Of a stretch of DNA of 64,000 nt, positions 26,653 through 37,305 are shown piece by piece. How positions within the stretch are numbered: the first letter of the stretch is position 1; each line of letters begins with the position of its first letter. Source of the DNA: an uncultured Clostridia bacterium (GTDB lineage Bacteria; Bacillota; Clostridia; Christensenellales; UBA1242); NCBI GenBank assembly GCA_934747885.1, contig CAKVHE010000002.1, positions 258,447 through 322,446 of the forward strand, read 5' to 3'. The notes under the pieces are model-generated. The model made no database searches. It had not been told where the DNA came from and saw nothing but the letters and a program-made list of their open reading frames with translations. The position numbers and the translations under genes were made by a program.

Positions 26653-28311
26653 ATGCCCGTAACAAATGTGAAGATAAAACATATTTTGGAAAATTTGCCA
26701 AACGAATCCGGCGTGTACATCATGAAAAACAAGGCGGATGAGATTATTTATATCGGCAAAGCAAAAAATCTAAAAAACAGAGTTTCTTCATATTTTAATA
26801 ACACGGCAAAAAACTTAAAAACTAGTTTGCTGGTTTCAAACATTGACCATCTAGATTACATCATTGTAAAAAATGAGCAAGATGCATTTTCGCTTGAAAA
26901 CAACCTAATAAAAGAGCACAAACCCAAATATAATATTTTGCTAAAAGATGACAAAAGGTTTCCGTACATAAAAATAAACAGAAATGAAAAGTTTCCGCAA
27001 GTGCTGGTGGTGCGTAAAGTTTTGCCGGATGGCGCCGATTATTTTGGGCCGTTTGTAACCGGACTTAGAGTAAATGATTTGATGAGCATAATAAAATTAT
27101 GCTTTCCTATACGCACTTGCCGAATAGATTTTTCAAAGTCAAAATTTAAAAAACGTCCGTGTTTGTTTGGTGATTTAGGCAAATGTGTAATGCCGTGTTT
27201 GGGCAAAATATCCACCGAAGAATATGACAAAATAATAGACAAGGTGGAAGAGTTTTTAAACGGCAAACATCAAGCAGTAAAAAAGATATTGCGCAAAAAA
27301 ATGGACGAATGCAGTGAAAAGCAAGACTATGAGCATGCCATTGAGTATCGCAACTATATCGAGCTATTAGACAATTGCAACGAAAAACTTTTAACGTCGC
27401 TTACTAGTGCGGATAATTTTGACGGTTTTGCCATTAGGGAAGATCGTGGAAGTGTTTGCATAAATCGTATGGCTTGCAGACAAGGCAAAACAATTGCCGA
27501 TACCAACACTTTGGTTGAGGTTATTGAAAACGATCTAGTAGAAACGCTTGAAAATTACCTTTTGCAATATTATAGCGAAAACACTTTGCCGACTGAGGTG
27601 CTAACAAATGTAGAACTCTCACCCAATATAGCAGAGATATTAAGTGCGGAACTTGGCAAAAAAGTGGTGGTAAGAGTACCGCAAATTGGCACCAAAAAGC
27701 AAATTATTGAAATGTGCGAAAAAAATGCCAATGAATATTTGGATAAAAATCTCGAATTATTTAATCGTAAGAAAAATTTTAACAAGCAGGCGCTTGAAGA
27801 ACTTGCCGAAATTTTAAATTTACCGGAATTGCCATACCGAATGGAATGTTATGATATTTCTAATATTAGTGGTGTGGATAGCGTTTCTAGCATGGTGGTA
27901 TTTGAGGACGGTGTGCCGGCAAAAAAAGAATATCGCAAATTTAAAATTCGTACTGTTGAAGGTCCAAACGATTTTGCGTCAATGAAAGAAACGTTAACGC
28001 GAAGATTGAAGAATTTAAAAAACAACGAAAAGAACTTCGCAAAGAAACCAAATTTGATAGTAATTGATGGTGGCAAGGGGCAACTGCGTTACGCGAACGA
28101 AGTTGTGCAGGAACTCGGCTTTAATATACCAATAATATCGCTTGCAAAGCGTGAAGAAGAAGTTTTTACGCCATATTCAAGTGAGTCTGTCAAACTGGAA
28201 GAAAGCGACCCGGCAAGAAGACTTTTGCAACAAATACGCGATGAAGCGCATCGCTTTGCAATAACTTTTCATCGTGGCTTGCACATAAAATCTACTTTAA
28301 ACATAAAATAA
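26653..28311 (+). CDS. uvrC: Excinuclease ABC subunit C, lacking the C-terminal (HhH)2 domain
   Basis: 552 aa. GIY-YIG module GVYIMKNKADEIIYIGKAKNLKNRVSSYF...EN. UVR-like region, then the C-terminal nuclease region IVIDGGKGQL ... RDEAHRFAITFHRGL. The ORF stops 9 aa later. Confidence 0.85.
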   Translation: MPVTNVKIKHILENLPNESGVYIMKNKADEIIYIGKAKNLKNRVSSYFNNTAKNLKTSLLVSNIDHLDYIIVKNEQDAFSLENNLIKEHKPKYNILLKDDKRFPYIKINRNEKFPQVLVVRKVLPDGADYFGPFVTGLRVNDLMSIIKLCFPIRTCRIDFSKSKFKKRPCLFGDLGKCVMPCLGKISTEEYDKIIDKVEEFLNGKHQAVKKILRKKMDECSEKQDYEHAIEYRNYIELLDNCNEKLLTSLTSADNFDGFAIREDRGSVCINRMACRQGKTIADTNTLVEVIENDLVETLENYLLQYYSENTLPTEVLTNVELSPNIAEILSAELGKKVVVRVPQIGTKKQIIEMCEKNANEYLDKNLELFNRKKNFNKQALEELAEILNLPELPYRMECYDISNISGVDSVSSMVVFEDGVPAKKEYRKFKIRTVEGPNDFASMKETLTRRLKNLKNNEKNFAKKPNLIVIDGGKGQLRYANEVVQELGFNIPIISLAKREEEVFTPYSSESVKLEESDPARRLLQQIRDEAHRFAITFHRGLHIKSTLNIK

Positions 28312-28323
28312 ACCAATTTTAAA

Positions 28324-28359
28324 AGTCTTCCCAAATGGAATATTTGGGGAGACTTTTTA
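28324..28359 (+). terminator. Rho-independent terminator after uvrC
   Basis: 13-bp stem agtcttcccaaat / atttggggagact (one G-U pair), followed by a T5 run. Confidence 0.7.
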
Positions 28360-28374
28360 ATATATTTTACAGAA

Positions 28375-29445
28375 ATGAAAAAGTTAAAAATCAAAAAATT
28401 TGGTGTATTAAATTTAATAGCCCTTTGCGCGCTGGTGCTAGTTTTGTCGGCCATCCCAACAGCCGGACTTGTTATTAAAAAGAACAATGATATAAAAGAG
28501 AATTTTTTTGGTGAAGCGTCGCTATTGCAAGGCGTTTTGGAAATTTGGAATATTGACACCTTTGAGGCGGGTACCGATTCTAAGGAATCTTATTTAGCCA
28601 CTTTGGCATCGATATTTGAAGAAGAAAACAAGGGCACTTATGTAGTAATAAAAAACATCACACCTGCGGAATTAGAAATAAATTTGGCAGAAGGCAAACA
28701 CCCTGATTTGTATTCATTTGGTTATGGCCTAGGGGAAAAATTGGCATCGTCACTTTCGCCGCTAGAACTAGATACTTGGCTACCGGAAAATATTACAAAC
28801 AGTTCGCTTTGTGACGGGAAATTGCTCTCGGTGCCTTTTATGGTGGGTGGCTATTTGATAATTAGTTCGGCAGAAAAACTTGCCGAGGCGCAAAAACCTG
28901 AAGATACCAATTTGCTTGCAGAAATTGATAATCTTGGCTACACCAAAACTCTTAGGAAAAAATCGATAGAGGTAAAATCGGCAATTTATGGCGATAGCGG
29001 CTTTACCAGTGCGGTAACAGTGCTAGCGCAAAATGGAATAACGGTGAGCAAGGCTGAAAAATATGGTGATGGCTACAACGCGTATGTAAATTATATGTCG
29101 CTAGGAAAAAGCACAGCGCTTATTGGTTCACAGCGCGATTTGGCGCGAATATTGCACAAGCGCTCACTAGGAAAACTAGAAGAAGGTTTTGTATTTGCGC
29201 CCGTGGGTGGCTACACCGACCTTATTCAAAGTATGGGGATTTGCCGTTTTTCGGATGAACTAAAACAGCAATATGCTAAAAAGTTTTTGGAATTTTGCTT
29301 AACCGAAACCAACCAAAAAAGGCTATCTAGCATTGGAATGTTTTCGGCTTTAGCGGTAAAACTTTATGAAGAAGGCGAGTTCGCGGTGCTAGAAGACAGC
29401 CTTAAACAGAATTTAAGACTAGCAGACATTTATAAAAAAATCTAA
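28375..29445 (+). CDS. Membrane-anchored extracytoplasmic protein, function unknown (possibly solute-binding-protein-like)
   Basis: 356 aa. N-terminal anchor FGVLNLIALCALVLVLSAIP. The remainder is soluble with an alternating alpha/beta character. No firm motif. Confidence 0.4.
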   Translation: MKKLKIKKFGVLNLIALCALVLVLSAIPTAGLVIKKNNDIKENFFGEASLLQGVLEIWNIDTFEAGTDSKESYLATLASIFEEENKGTYVVIKNITPAELEINLAEGKHPDLYSFGYGLGEKLASSLSPLELDTWLPENITNSSLCDGKLLSVPFMVGGYLIISSAEKLAEAQKPEDTNLLAEIDNLGYTKTLRKKSIEVKSAIYGDSGFTSAVTVLAQNGITVSKAEKYGDGYNAYVNYMSLGKSTALIGSQRDLARILHKRSLGKLEEGFVFAPVGGYTDLIQSMGICRFSDELKQQYAKKFLEFCLTETNQKRLSSIGMFSALAVKLYEEGEFAVLEDSLKQNLRLADIYKKI

Positions 29446-29470
29446 TAAAATAATTGAAAATTTGAGTTAA

Positions 29471-30373
29471 GTGGGGTACAATATATTGGAAAGAAAATTG
29501 GCAAAAATTGTTGGCGCAAAAAACGTGAAACAAACCGAGCCATTAAGAGACCATTGCGCCTACGGAATTGGTGGAAACGCAAAGTACTTTGTTTGTCCGC
29601 CGGACTTTGTAAGCTTAATTAAGGTGCTAAACTTAGCGAAAACGCAAAAAGTTAAGTGCAAAATAATTGGCAATGGTACCAACCTTTTGTTTGCAGACGA
29701 AGGCTATGACGGTATAATAATTTGTACCAAACAAATTAGTAGTTATCAATTGGTGGACAAAAGTTCAATTTTGGTAACTAGCGGAACAACTATTGGTGCG
29801 CTGCTTAATATTTGCCAGAACAACGGGCTTTCGGGGCTAGAATTTATGGCCGGAATACCGGGAACGGTTGGCGGCGCGGTAATTATGAATGCCGGCGCGT
29901 TTGGTGGTGAAATTGCCGAAAGAATTAAAATGGTTGGGTACTTTGAAAATGGAGAACTAAAAACCATAAAGGCAGAAAAAGTTCCTTTTGGCTATCGCAC
30001 CAGTGGAGGTTTTTTTGACGGCAAAGTTGTGGCTTATGTTGAACTCAGTTTAGACCCTGCCGAGCCAAGCACTATTTTGGAAAAAATTCAAAAGGTGGCA
30101 AGTAGCCGAGCCGAGTTGCAGCCTTATGGCAAATGTGCGGGCAGTGTGTTTAAAAAGTGCGATGGCTTGTCTGCCGGAAAACTAATTGACGACGCAGGGC
30201 TAAAGGGGCTAAAATTCGGTGGCGCGGAAATTAGTACAGTTCATGCAAATTTTTTTATGAACATAAATGGCGCCAAAGCAACTGATGTGTTAATGCTTGT
30301 GGATATTGCAAGCAAAGTTGTAAAAGAAAAATTTGATAAAATTTTGGAATTAGAAATAGAAATTGTGGAGTAA
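29471..30373 (+). CDS. murB: UDP-N-acetylenolpyruvoylglucosamine reductase
   Basis: 300 aa; start uncertain (GTG 29471 or TTG 29486). Motifs YGIGGNAKYF, IIGNGTNLLF, GIPGTVGGAVIMNAGAFGGE and GSVFK. Confidence 0.9.
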   Translation: MGYNILERKLAKIVGAKNVKQTEPLRDHCAYGIGGNAKYFVCPPDFVSLIKVLNLAKTQKVKCKIIGNGTNLLFADEGYDGIIICTKQISSYQLVDKSSILVTSGTTIGALLNICQNNGLSGLEFMAGIPGTVGGAVIMNAGAFGGEIAERIKMVGYFENGELKTIKAEKVPFGYRTSGGFFDGKVVAYVELSLDPAEPSTILEKIQKVASSRAELQPYGKCAGSVFKKCDGLSAGKLIDDAGLKGLKFGGAEISTVHANFFMNINGAKATDVLMLVDIASKVVKEKFDKILELEIEIVE

Positions 30374-30375
30374 CA

Positions 30376-31125
30376 ATGGAAGAAAAAGTTTACGGATCGT
30401 ATCACAATCATACCAAATATTCAAAACTAAACCACGGTAAAAACACCGTTCATGAAATGTGTGAAGAGGCACAAAAAAGTGGTTTTAAAGAGTTTGCGAT
30501 TACCGATCACGCGCCAAGACATTTGTTTGGAATATGCAGGCGCAAAATAAAAAAATATATAACTGAAGTAAAGGCCGAGAGCGCTGAAAATTTTACGGCG
30601 CTTGTGGGGCTGGAATTTAATCTGCTTGGGCGGAATGGTGAAACCGATTTGGATAACTTAAATGAAGACCGATTTGATATAAAACTGCTTGGTTTTCATA
30701 AAGGTGGGTTTGCCGGCATAAAAAGTTTTTTCAATTTCTTTTTAAAAAATCTATTTTGTAAAAGCGAAAAGATGAAAGAAATAAATACTGATGCTTACAT
30801 CAAAGCCCTAGAAAAACATCATTTTGATATTATTACACACCCAAAAGAATACATAAATGTAAATTGCAAAAGACTTGCGGAAGCGTGCGTAAAGCACAAC
30901 TGCTATATAGAACTGAACACGCGTCATTTTTTGTTAAATCAGCAAGACATAAAAGACATGTTAGAAACAGGCGTTAAATTTGTGGTAAGCACCGACGCAC
31001 ACAAAAAATGCAATGTAAATAACTTTAAGATAGTAATGCAAAAAATAGAGGAATTTAATATTCCTAAGGATAAAATAGTTAACCTAAATCAATTACCAAA
31101 CTTTAAAAATAAATATGGAGAGTAG
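30376..31125 (+). CDS. PHP-domain phosphoesterase (histidinol-phosphatase family)
   Basis: 249 aa. SYHNHTKYS, AITDHAP, GFHKG, THP and STDAH form the metal-ligand series of the PHP fold. Confidence 0.65.
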   Translation: MEEKVYGSYHNHTKYSKLNHGKNTVHEMCEEAQKSGFKEFAITDHAPRHLFGICRRKIKKYITEVKAESAENFTALVGLEFNLLGRNGETDLDNLNEDRFDIKLLGFHKGGFAGIKSFFNFFLKNLFCKSEKMKEINTDAYIKALEKHHFDIITHPKEYINVNCKRLAEACVKHNCYIELNTRHFLLNQQDIKDMLETGVKFVVSTDAHKKCNVNNFKIVMQKIEEFNIPKDKIVNLNQLPNFKNKYGE

Positions 31126-32067
31126 ATGTCTTTTACTACCGAAATAAAAACTGAATTACTAAACTTGCCCCTTGTCAATGATTGTTGCATATTGGCAAGG
31201 CTTTCGGCGTGTATTTCTACTATTGGAAGCATAGAACCTTCGCCGCTTGGGATAACTTTTTCGTTAAGATCGGACAACACCAAACTTTTAAAAAATGTGC
31301 AAGAAATTATAAACAAGGTTTATAGCGAAAAAATCGAAACGGCGGTGCTTAGCACCGAAGTGGTTGGCAAGCATACAATGTACGAAATGCAAGTGCCACG
31401 CTCGCTCGGTCAACAAATACTAAAAGATTGCGGAATAATTTATATAGGTGAAAACAATTCTATAAACATAAATTTTGGCATAGATCACCATATAATTATG
31501 GCAGATTGTTGCAAAAAGATTTATCTTCAAACGGTGCTTATTACGGTGGGTCAAGTATCTCTTCCAACCAAAACATCGGGCTACCATTTTGAACTAGAAC
31601 TTACCAGCAATGAAGAAGCCAAAGCAGTTTCGTCTTTGCTTGGTGAATTTGGCTTTTTTGCTCGCAAGGTAGAGCGTGGTGGCAAGTTTTTGGTTTACTT
31701 AAAAGAGGGCGAAGCTATTGCAGATTTACTTGCATTTTTGGGCGCTACCAAAAGTTATTTAAAACTTACTGACGAAATTGTAAAGCGCGATATGCGTAAT
31801 AGCATAAACAGGCAATCAAATTGCAATATGGCAAACATAAACAAAACTGTTTCGTCTGCACTAAATCAAGTTAAGGCAATTGAAAATATAAGTGAGACGG
31901 TTGGGCTGGATAGTTTAAGTGACAAACTAAAACAAACTGCGGAATTAAGACTTAATAATCCGGAACTGAGTTTAAACGAACTGGTAGAACTTTGCGAGGG
32001 TAAGTTTACCAAATCGGGACTAAACTATAACTTAAATAAACTGCTAGAAATATCAAAAAATTTATAA
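31126..32067 (+). CDS. whiA: DNA-binding protein WhiA
   Basis: 313 aa. MSFTTEIKTELLN start, a degenerate LAGLIDADG-like middle and a C-terminal HTH region ELRLNNPELSLNELVEL. Confidence 0.85.
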   Translation: MSFTTEIKTELLNLPLVNDCCILARLSACISTIGSIEPSPLGITFSLRSDNTKLLKNVQEIINKVYSEKIETAVLSTEVVGKHTMYEMQVPRSLGQQILKDCGIIYIGENNSININFGIDHHIIMADCCKKIYLQTVLITVGQVSLPTKTSGYHFELELTSNEEAKAVSSLLGEFGFFARKVERGGKFLVYLKEGEAIADLLAFLGATKSYLKLTDEIVKRDMRNSINRQSNCNMANINKTVSSALNQVKAIENISETVGLDSLSDKLKQTAELRLNNPELSLNELVELCEGKFTKSGLNYNLNKLLEISKNL

Positions 32068-32085
32068 AGGGAAAAGGGACAAGAG

Positions 32086-35000
32086 ATGAAACCATTTGTA
32101 CATTTGCACGTACACACAGAGTATAGTTTGCTAGATGGTGTTGCTCGTATTGAGAAATTAGTTAAGGTTTGTAAAGAATACGGAATGCCGGCGTGTGCAA
32201 TTACTGATCATGGTAATATGTACGGTGCGGTAACCTTTTACGATGCGTGCAAATCGGCAGGTATAAAACCTATTTTTGGTTGTGAATTTTATGTGGCTGA
32301 CGATTTAACGGTAAAAACCGGAAAAAGTAAGAATAGTCATTTGGTTTTACTCGCAAAAAATCGTACGGGATATTTAAACTTGTGTGAACTAAACACAATT
32401 GCATTTAGAGATGGTTTTTATTACAAACCTCGTATAGACTACAAAACCCTTGCAAAATACAAAGAGGGTATTATTTGTTTGTCTGCCTGCCTTGCGGGCG
32501 ATATTCCTCAATATATAGTTGCACGTCAATACGACGAAGCGGAAAAATTGGTGGTTTGGTTTAAAGAGCAGTTTGGTGAAGACTTTTACCTTGAACTTCA
32601 AAACCACAATATTCCCGATCAGTTAGATGTTAATGAAAAGCTGCGTGAATATTCAAAAAAGTATAACATTAAAACGGTTGCAACCAACGACGCGCATTAC
32701 ATTTACAAAGAAGACGCCTTAACTCAAGATGTTTTGATGTGCGTGCAAATGGGCAAAACTTATGATGACCCAAACCGTCTAAAATTTTCAACCGAAGAGT
32801 TTTACATAAAAACTTATGACGAAATGGCAAAAGCACTGCCAAACGATTTGGACGCGCTAGATACCACACTAGAAATTGCTGAAAAATGCAATTACTCGTT
32901 TGAAGAAGACAATATTGACAAAAATATGTACAAGTTCCCACCATTTGTTCCACCTGATGGTTTGTCTTGTCCAGACTATTTGCGCAAACTGGTAGAAGAA
33001 GGCATTGTGAGGCGTTATGGCACTATCACTCAAAAGATACGTGACCGTGTTGAAAGTGAAATGAACGTTATTATAAAGCAAGGCTTTGCTCAATATTTCT
33101 TAACCGTGTGGGATTATATTTTTGCGGCAAAATCTATGGGCGTGCCGGTAGGTCCAGGACGTGGTAGTGGTGCCGGTTCGGTTGTTGCGTATGCAATTGG
33201 TATCACCAACATAGATCCATTTAAGTTTGACCTGCTTTTTGAACGTTTCTTGCACTGCGAACGTGTAACGGCTCCGGACTTTGACGTTGACTTTGCCGAT
33301 GATAGACGAAGTGAGGTTATTGATTATGTTCGCAACAAGTATGGTGCCGATAAGGTTGTAAAGATTGTAACTTTTGGTACTATGGCAGCAAAAAACGCCA
33401 TAAAAGACGTTGGTAGAGTTCTGGGCGTAAGTTATTCCGAACTGGACAAAATTACCAAAAACATTCCAAATTTGCCAGCAAAGCACCATGACGTATTAAA
33501 AAAGGCGTTTGGGTTTTATCATCCCAAAGAGGGCGACAAAGATTACGGCACCAACTATGCAGTTCAGGAACTGGTTGACGCCTACAACAGTAGCAAAGAC
33601 ATAAAACGTGTTGTAGATATTGCAATGAAAATTGAAGGTATGCCACGTCAGTGTTCCACTCACGCCTGCGGTGTCGTTATTGGTTGCGATAGCCTAGACA
33701 AATTTATGCCGTTGTCGCGTAATGGTGAGGACTTAACCACTCAATACTCCATGACTGATATTGAGCGTTTGGGTCACTTAAAAATGGACTTTTTGGGACT
33801 TCGAAACTTAAACGATATTCAAAAAGCGTGCAACTATGTAAAAGAAAACTATGGCATAGATTTGGACTTTGAAAAACTGGGCTATGAAGATCAAAATGTT
33901 TACAAACTTTTGTCATCTGGTAACACGAAAGCAATTTTCCAGGTTGAAAGCACTGGTTTCCAAAAATTCTTAAAAGAACTAAAACCAACGTGTATCGAAG
34001 ATATTACGGCAGGTGTGTCGCTTTATCGTCCAGGGCCAATGGACTCAATTGGCAGATATGTGCACAACAAGCACAACCCACAAGATGTAACATACGATCA
34101 CCCAATACTAGAGCATATTTTAAATGTAACCTATGGCTGTATTGTTTATCAAGAGCAAGTTATGAGAATTGTTCAAGATATGGCGGGTTATACGCTAGGT
34201 CAAGCCGATATGGTTAGACGTATGATGGGTAAGAAAAAACTTGAAGCCATGCAGAAAGAAAAAACCGTTTTCTTGTATGGTAAACCTGCAGAAAACGGCA
34301 AGCCAGCAATTGAAGGTGCAATAAAGCGTGGTGTTAGCGAAGAAGTTGCTTCAAAAATTTGGTCAGAAATGGAAAGTTTTGCATCTTACGCGTTTAACAA
34401 ATCGCACGCTGCTGCATATTCTATTATAACCTACGAAACAGCCTATTTAAAATGTTATTATGAACCAGAGTTTTTAACTTCCGTTTTAAATAACCGTATT
34501 ACAAATGCGGAAGAAATAGAAAACTATATCAACCATGCCAAAGACGAAAAAATTGAAGTTTTGCCTCCGGACGTAAATAAGTCAAAGACCTATTTTAGTG
34601 TTAAAGATAAAAAGATTAGGTTTGGTCTAGCAGCGCTAAAAGGTGTAGGTGAAGCAACCTGTGACCTGATTGTGGCAGAAAGAGAACGCAACGGCGAATT
34701 TAAAGACTTGTCCGACTTTTTAAATCGTACATATAGTTGTGGCGTTAACAAGCGTGTAATGGAAAGTTTAATTTTTTCAGGCGCCTTTGATTGCTTTAAA
34801 ATTAGTCGCGCTAAATTAAACGCGGTTTATGAAATTGCGATGAAGCAAGTCGCCGAAATTAAAAAACGTTTGGCAACGGGTCAATTGTCACTATTTGGCG
34901 ACAACGAAGAACTAAACATAACCTATCCTGATATTCCAGAGTTTGACAATTTGCACAAACTAAACAAAGAAAAAGAAGTAATTGGCATTTATATTTCGGG

Positions 35001-35670
35001 GCACCCACTAGATGGCTATCGTGAACAGTTTGCAAACTTTAGTTTTAATAGTTCGATGATAAAGGACGAAACTGAAGACGAAGAAGCCGAGCAGCTCTTA
35101 AATGAAGATGAAGAACAAGGCGGCGTGGTTGAAGAACGTGGGGTAGAAGACAACGCACATGTAACTTGTGGCGGTATTGTTACAAAAGTAGATAAAAAGT
35201 ATACCAAAAGAGATAACAAACCGATGGCAATATTAGATATTGACGATTTGTACGGGCAATTTTCGGTTATGGTATTTAACAAACTTTATGAAAGTATTAA
35301 AGAAGACTTAATACCAAATACCATTGTAACTGTTTCGGGTAGATTTAGTTATCGTACCGGTGAAAAGCCAATTATTATTGCCGAAAAGGTGGCACCCTTT
35401 AATGGTAAATCACCAGTGCAAAAAGAGGAACAAAGACCGGTTATCTCTCCAACCGAAATCGCAGAAAAAATTTATTTGAAATATAATATAGAAGACGATG
35501 GTCTAAACGATAAAATTATATCAATTTTGTCTGGACATGTTGGCAAATCGCCAGTTATTGTTCAAAGTAACAAAACACTTTATTCTTTGTCTGCAAGAGC
35601 AAGAGTAAACCCAGCCTTAATTGCAGAACTAAAAGCCGTTGTTGGCGAAGATTGTGTAAAAGTTAAATAA
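32086..35670 (+). CDS. dnaE: DNA polymerase III alpha subunit (DnaE type)
   Basis: 1194 aa. PHP N-terminus FVHLHVHTEYSLLDG, LKMDFLGLRNL, YQEQVM, FNKSHAAAYS and an OB-fold near the C-terminus. Confidence 0.95.
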   Translation: MKPFVHLHVHTEYSLLDGVARIEKLVKVCKEYGMPACAITDHGNMYGAVTFYDACKSAGIKPIFGCEFYVADDLTVKTGKSKNSHLVLLAKNRTGYLNLCELNTIAFRDGFYYKPRIDYKTLAKYKEGIICLSACLAGDIPQYIVARQYDEAEKLVVWFKEQFGEDFYLELQNHNIPDQLDVNEKLREYSKKYNIKTVATNDAHYIYKEDALTQDVLMCVQMGKTYDDPNRLKFSTEEFYIKTYDEMAKALPNDLDALDTTLEIAEKCNYSFEEDNIDKNMYKFPPFVPPDGLSCPDYLRKLVEEGIVRRYGTITQKIRDRVESEMNVIIKQGFAQYFLTVWDYIFAAKSMGVPVGPGRGSGAGSVVAYAIGITNIDPFKFDLLFERFLHCERVTAPDFDVDFADDRRSEVIDYVRNKYGADKVVKIVTFGTMAAKNAIKDVGRVLGVSYSELDKITKNIPNLPAKHHDVLKKAFGFYHPKEGDKDYGTNYAVQELVDAYNSSKDIKRVVDIAMKIEGMPRQCSTHACGVVIGCDSLDKFMPLSRNGEDLTTQYSMTDIERLGHLKMDFLGLRNLNDIQKACNYVKENYGIDLDFEKLGYEDQNVYKLLSSGNTKAIFQVESTGFQKFLKELKPTCIEDITAGVSLYRPGPMDSIGRYVHNKHNPQDVTYDHPILEHILNVTYGCIVYQEQVMRIVQDMAGYTLGQADMVRRMMGKKKLEAMQKEKTVFLYGKPAENGKPAIEGAIKRGVSEEVASKIWSEMESFASYAFNKSHAAAYSIITYETAYLKCYYEPEFLTSVLNNRITNAEEIENYINHAKDEKIEVLPPDVNKSKTYFSVKDKKIRFGLAALKGVGEATCDLIVAERERNGEFKDLSDFLNRTYSCGVNKRVMESLIFSGAFDCFKISRAKLNAVYEIAMKQVAEIKKRLATGQLSLFGDNEELNITYPDIPEFDNLHKLNKEKEVIGIYISGHPLDGYREQFANFSFNSSMIKDETEDEEAEQLLNEDEEQGGVVEERGVEDNAHVTCGGIVTKVDKKYTKRDNKPMAILDIDDLYGQFSVMVFNKLYESIKEDLIPNTIVTVSGRFSYRTGEKPIIIAEKVAPFNGKSPVQKEEQRPVISPTEIAEKIYLKYNIEDDGLNDKIISILSGHVGKSPVIVQSNKTLYSLSARARVNPALIAELKAVVGEDCVKVK

Positions 35671-35678
35671 GGAGTTTT

Positions 35679-36638
35679 ATGAAAAAAATAGCGGTACTTA
35701 CAAGTGGGGGCGATGCTCCGGGAATGAACGCGTGTGTGCGTGCAGTTACTAGGGCGGGAATTTATTATGGTTTGGAAGTGTATGGCGTTGAAGCCGGCTA
35801 TCAAGGTTTGGTGGATGGCAACTTTACCAAACTTGGAGTGCGCGATGTTGGAAATATTATTCAGCAAGGTGGCACAATGCTAAAAACTAGCAGGTGTAAG
35901 TCGTTTATGACCCGTGGCGGTTTTGCAAAAGCGGTTAATAATTTAAAAAACAACGGCATAGACTGCGTAATTACTATTGGTGGTGATGGCACTTTTCATG
36001 GCGCGCTCGAACTAAAAAAAGCAGGAATAAATGTTATTGGTATTCCAGCAACCATAGATAATGACCTTGGCTATACGGATTATTGTTTGGGTTTTGACAC
36101 CGCGGTCAATACAGTGGTAGATGCGCTAAACAATATTCGTGATACTAGCATGGCGCATGAGCGATTGTGTGTGGTGGAAGTTATGGGAAGAAATTGCGGC
36201 GATATAGCACTTAATGCTGGAATTGGCGCGGGTGCGGAAGTAATTTTGGTACCAGAAGTTAAGTATCCAGAAAAAGAATATTTGAAAAAATTGGTTGCCA
36301 GCAACGAAAGCGGCAAAAAGGGGTCCATAGTTGTGGTTGCTGAGGGCGTCGCCAAGGCGGACGAAATTTTGGCAAAAATAAAAAAACATACCAAACTTGA
36401 AGGAAGAGCGATGTCGCTTGAATATGTGCAACGTGGTGGTGCACCTACCGCAAGAGATAGGGTGCTGGGCTCTCAATTTGGTTTACGTGCTATAGAACTT
36501 TTGCTAAAAGGCAAAAGCGGGGTGCTGCTTGGTGTAGAAGATGATAAAATCTTTGATATGGAAATTGAAGAAGCACTTGGCAAAGCAAAGTCGCTAGATT
36601 TAGACAAATACCGATTAACTGATATTATTTCAATTTAA
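35679..36638 (+). CDS. pfkA: ATP-dependent 6-phosphofructokinase
   Basis: 319 aa. Motifs IAVLTSGGDAPGMNA, IGGDGTF, IPATIDND, VMGRNCGD and YVQRGG. Confidence 0.95.
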   Translation: MKKIAVLTSGGDAPGMNACVRAVTRAGIYYGLEVYGVEAGYQGLVDGNFTKLGVRDVGNIIQQGGTMLKTSRCKSFMTRGGFAKAVNNLKNNGIDCVITIGGDGTFHGALELKKAGINVIGIPATIDNDLGYTDYCLGFDTAVNTVVDALNNIRDTSMAHERLCVVEVMGRNCGDIALNAGIGAGAEVILVPEVKYPEKEYLKKLVASNESGKKGSIVVVAEGVAKADEILAKIKKHTKLEGRAMSLEYVQRGGAPTARDRVLGSQFGLRAIELLLKGKSGVLLGVEDDKIFDMEIEEALGKAKSLDLDKYRLTDIISI

Positions 36639-36665
36639 AAAGGCAAAAATATTTGCCTTTTTTGT
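36639..36665 (+). terminator. Rho-independent terminator after pfkA
   Basis: Stem aaggcaaa (36640-36647) / tttgcctt (36652-36659), followed by a T-run. Confidence 0.75.
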
Positions 36666-36689
36666 TTGGCTAGATTATAATAAGAAGGT

Positions 36690-37304
36690 ATGAACAACAA
36701 ATATATTCCAAACATAATGTTTTTTATTAGAGCAGTTTTGGTGGCATTTTTACTGATCTCAATTTTCTTACTTGGCGATGTCGTTTCAGGCATTGTTTAC
36801 CTTTTGTGTGTAACAAGTTATATGATTGAATACTTGCTTTCAAAAAAGATGCAAATCAACTCAAAGTTTGAAAAATATGCCGTACCAATTACAAATGCTT
36901 TAATAATTTTGATACCGCTCATTAACTTAGCGGTCAAAAAGCGTCTAACACTACTGCTTGTGTTCGTAATTGTTTGTTTTGATTTGTTTGCAGAACTTTA
37001 TTATTATAGCGACAAGCGGACGGGTAAATTAAAAGGCAAACATACCAACTTGCACGATATTTATGTAATTGCTTTAACAATTGCGTTGTTTATGTCGTTC
37101 TTTACAAAAGTGTATTATATTTATGCTTTGTATGTTTCTTGCGTATTGTGCTCGGCATATTTAATTTGGCAGTCTATTCGCTTTAACATAAGCAAAGATC
37201 AAAAAGAAGAAGAAAAGTTAACACCGCCAACCGACACAACTGAAAATAGTATTTCCAAAGAAATAGTAAACTCGCAAGACAAAAACAATGAAATTATTGA
37301 ATAG
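36690..37304 (+). CDS. Polytopic membrane protein, function unknown
   Basis: 204 aa with about five hydrophobic helices and a hydrophilic Glu/Lys-rich C-terminal tail. No family recognised. Confidence 0.45.
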   Translation: MNNKYIPNIMFFIRAVLVAFLLISIFLLGDVVSGIVYLLCVTSYMIEYLLSKKMQINSKFEKYAVPITNALIILIPLINLAVKKRLTLLLVFVIVCFDLFAELYYYSDKRTGKLKGKHTNLHDIYVIALTIALFMSFFTKVYYIYALYVSCVLCSAYLIWQSIRFNISKDQKEEEKLTPPTDTTENSISKEIVNSQDKNNEIIE

Positions 37305-37305
37305 A

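Noticed and set aside
35050-35160. Highly acidic ~35-aa insertion (KDETEDEEAEQLLNEDEEQGGVVEERGVEDN) before the OB-fold of DnaE
   Set aside because: It is probably a lineage-specific linker expansion in a variable region of DnaE. I see no independent signal of function.
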